Below, piece after piece: positions 63,811-64,000 of a stretch of DNA of 64,000 bases. The notes below the pieces were generated by a model. That model was not told where the DNA came from, ran no database searches, and saw nothing but the letters and a program-made list of their open reading frames with translations. Every line of letters starts with the position of its first letter. The stretch's first letter is position 1. This DNA is from Dicyema japonicum. Taxonomy: Eukaryota; Animalia; Dicyemida. Location of the stretch: positions 1 to 64,000 of the forward strand of contig RDEW01000070.1 in assembly GCA_011109175.1 (NCBI GenBank), given 5' to 3'. The position numbers and the translations under genes were made by a program.

Positions 63811-64000
63811 ATGAATCATTTAATAGGTCAGGTCATATTTAATTTCTTTTTAGTTCTTTTCATCAGCTTAATCGTCTTAGAAGAGGATGTGATTACTTGG
63901 GAAATAAAAAACTCTTGGAATTATACTATAGCATTGATTGAGGGTCATATATTTTTAAAACATTATTCAAATGGAACTGTAAGCAAAATTTTATTTTTAG
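63811..64000 (+). CDS. LAMP-domain-like family member F, 5' part (continues beyond window)
   Basis: MNHLIG..FFLVLFISLIVLEEDVITWEIKNSWNYTIALIEGHIFLKHYSNGT, then a 22-nt intron (63979-64000) at the same position and phase as in members A, B, C and E. Confidence 0.65.
   Translation, partial: MNHLIGQVIFNFFLVLFISLIVLEEDVITWEIKNSWNYTIALIEGHIFLKHYSNGTVSKILFL

Overview
AT-rich eukaryotic (animal) genomic DNA with two assembly gaps. A few compact host genes sit among many decayed transposons. The genes are split by extremely short GT-AG introns, mostly 20-27 nt, so the supplied ORF track misses or fragments them. Introns this short plus a LIM-homeobox gene fit a dicyemid mesozoan such as Dicyema; that is an inference, not shown. 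Genes I could splice by hand: an intact ABCG (White/ABCG1-like) half-transporter with 14 introns, an Lhx6/8 (Arrowhead)-type LIM-homeobox gene, ATG14, a single-RRM protein, and a signal-anchored glutaredoxin plus its pseudogene. There are also six dispersed, very divergent members of an apparently expanded family of LAMP-domain-like type I membrane proteins. Mobile DNA includes CRE-clade, RTE, Jockey/I-like and R4/NeSL-like non-LTR fragments, a structured tRNA-derived SINE family, a foldback-type MULE with TIRs and TSD, a pogo element with TA TSD, and a Ginger/KRBA2-like integrase remnant. There is also a decayed 28S rRNA fragment. Several otherwise intact genes lack one base, usually in a short homopolymer; this is most likely assembly error but is testable.
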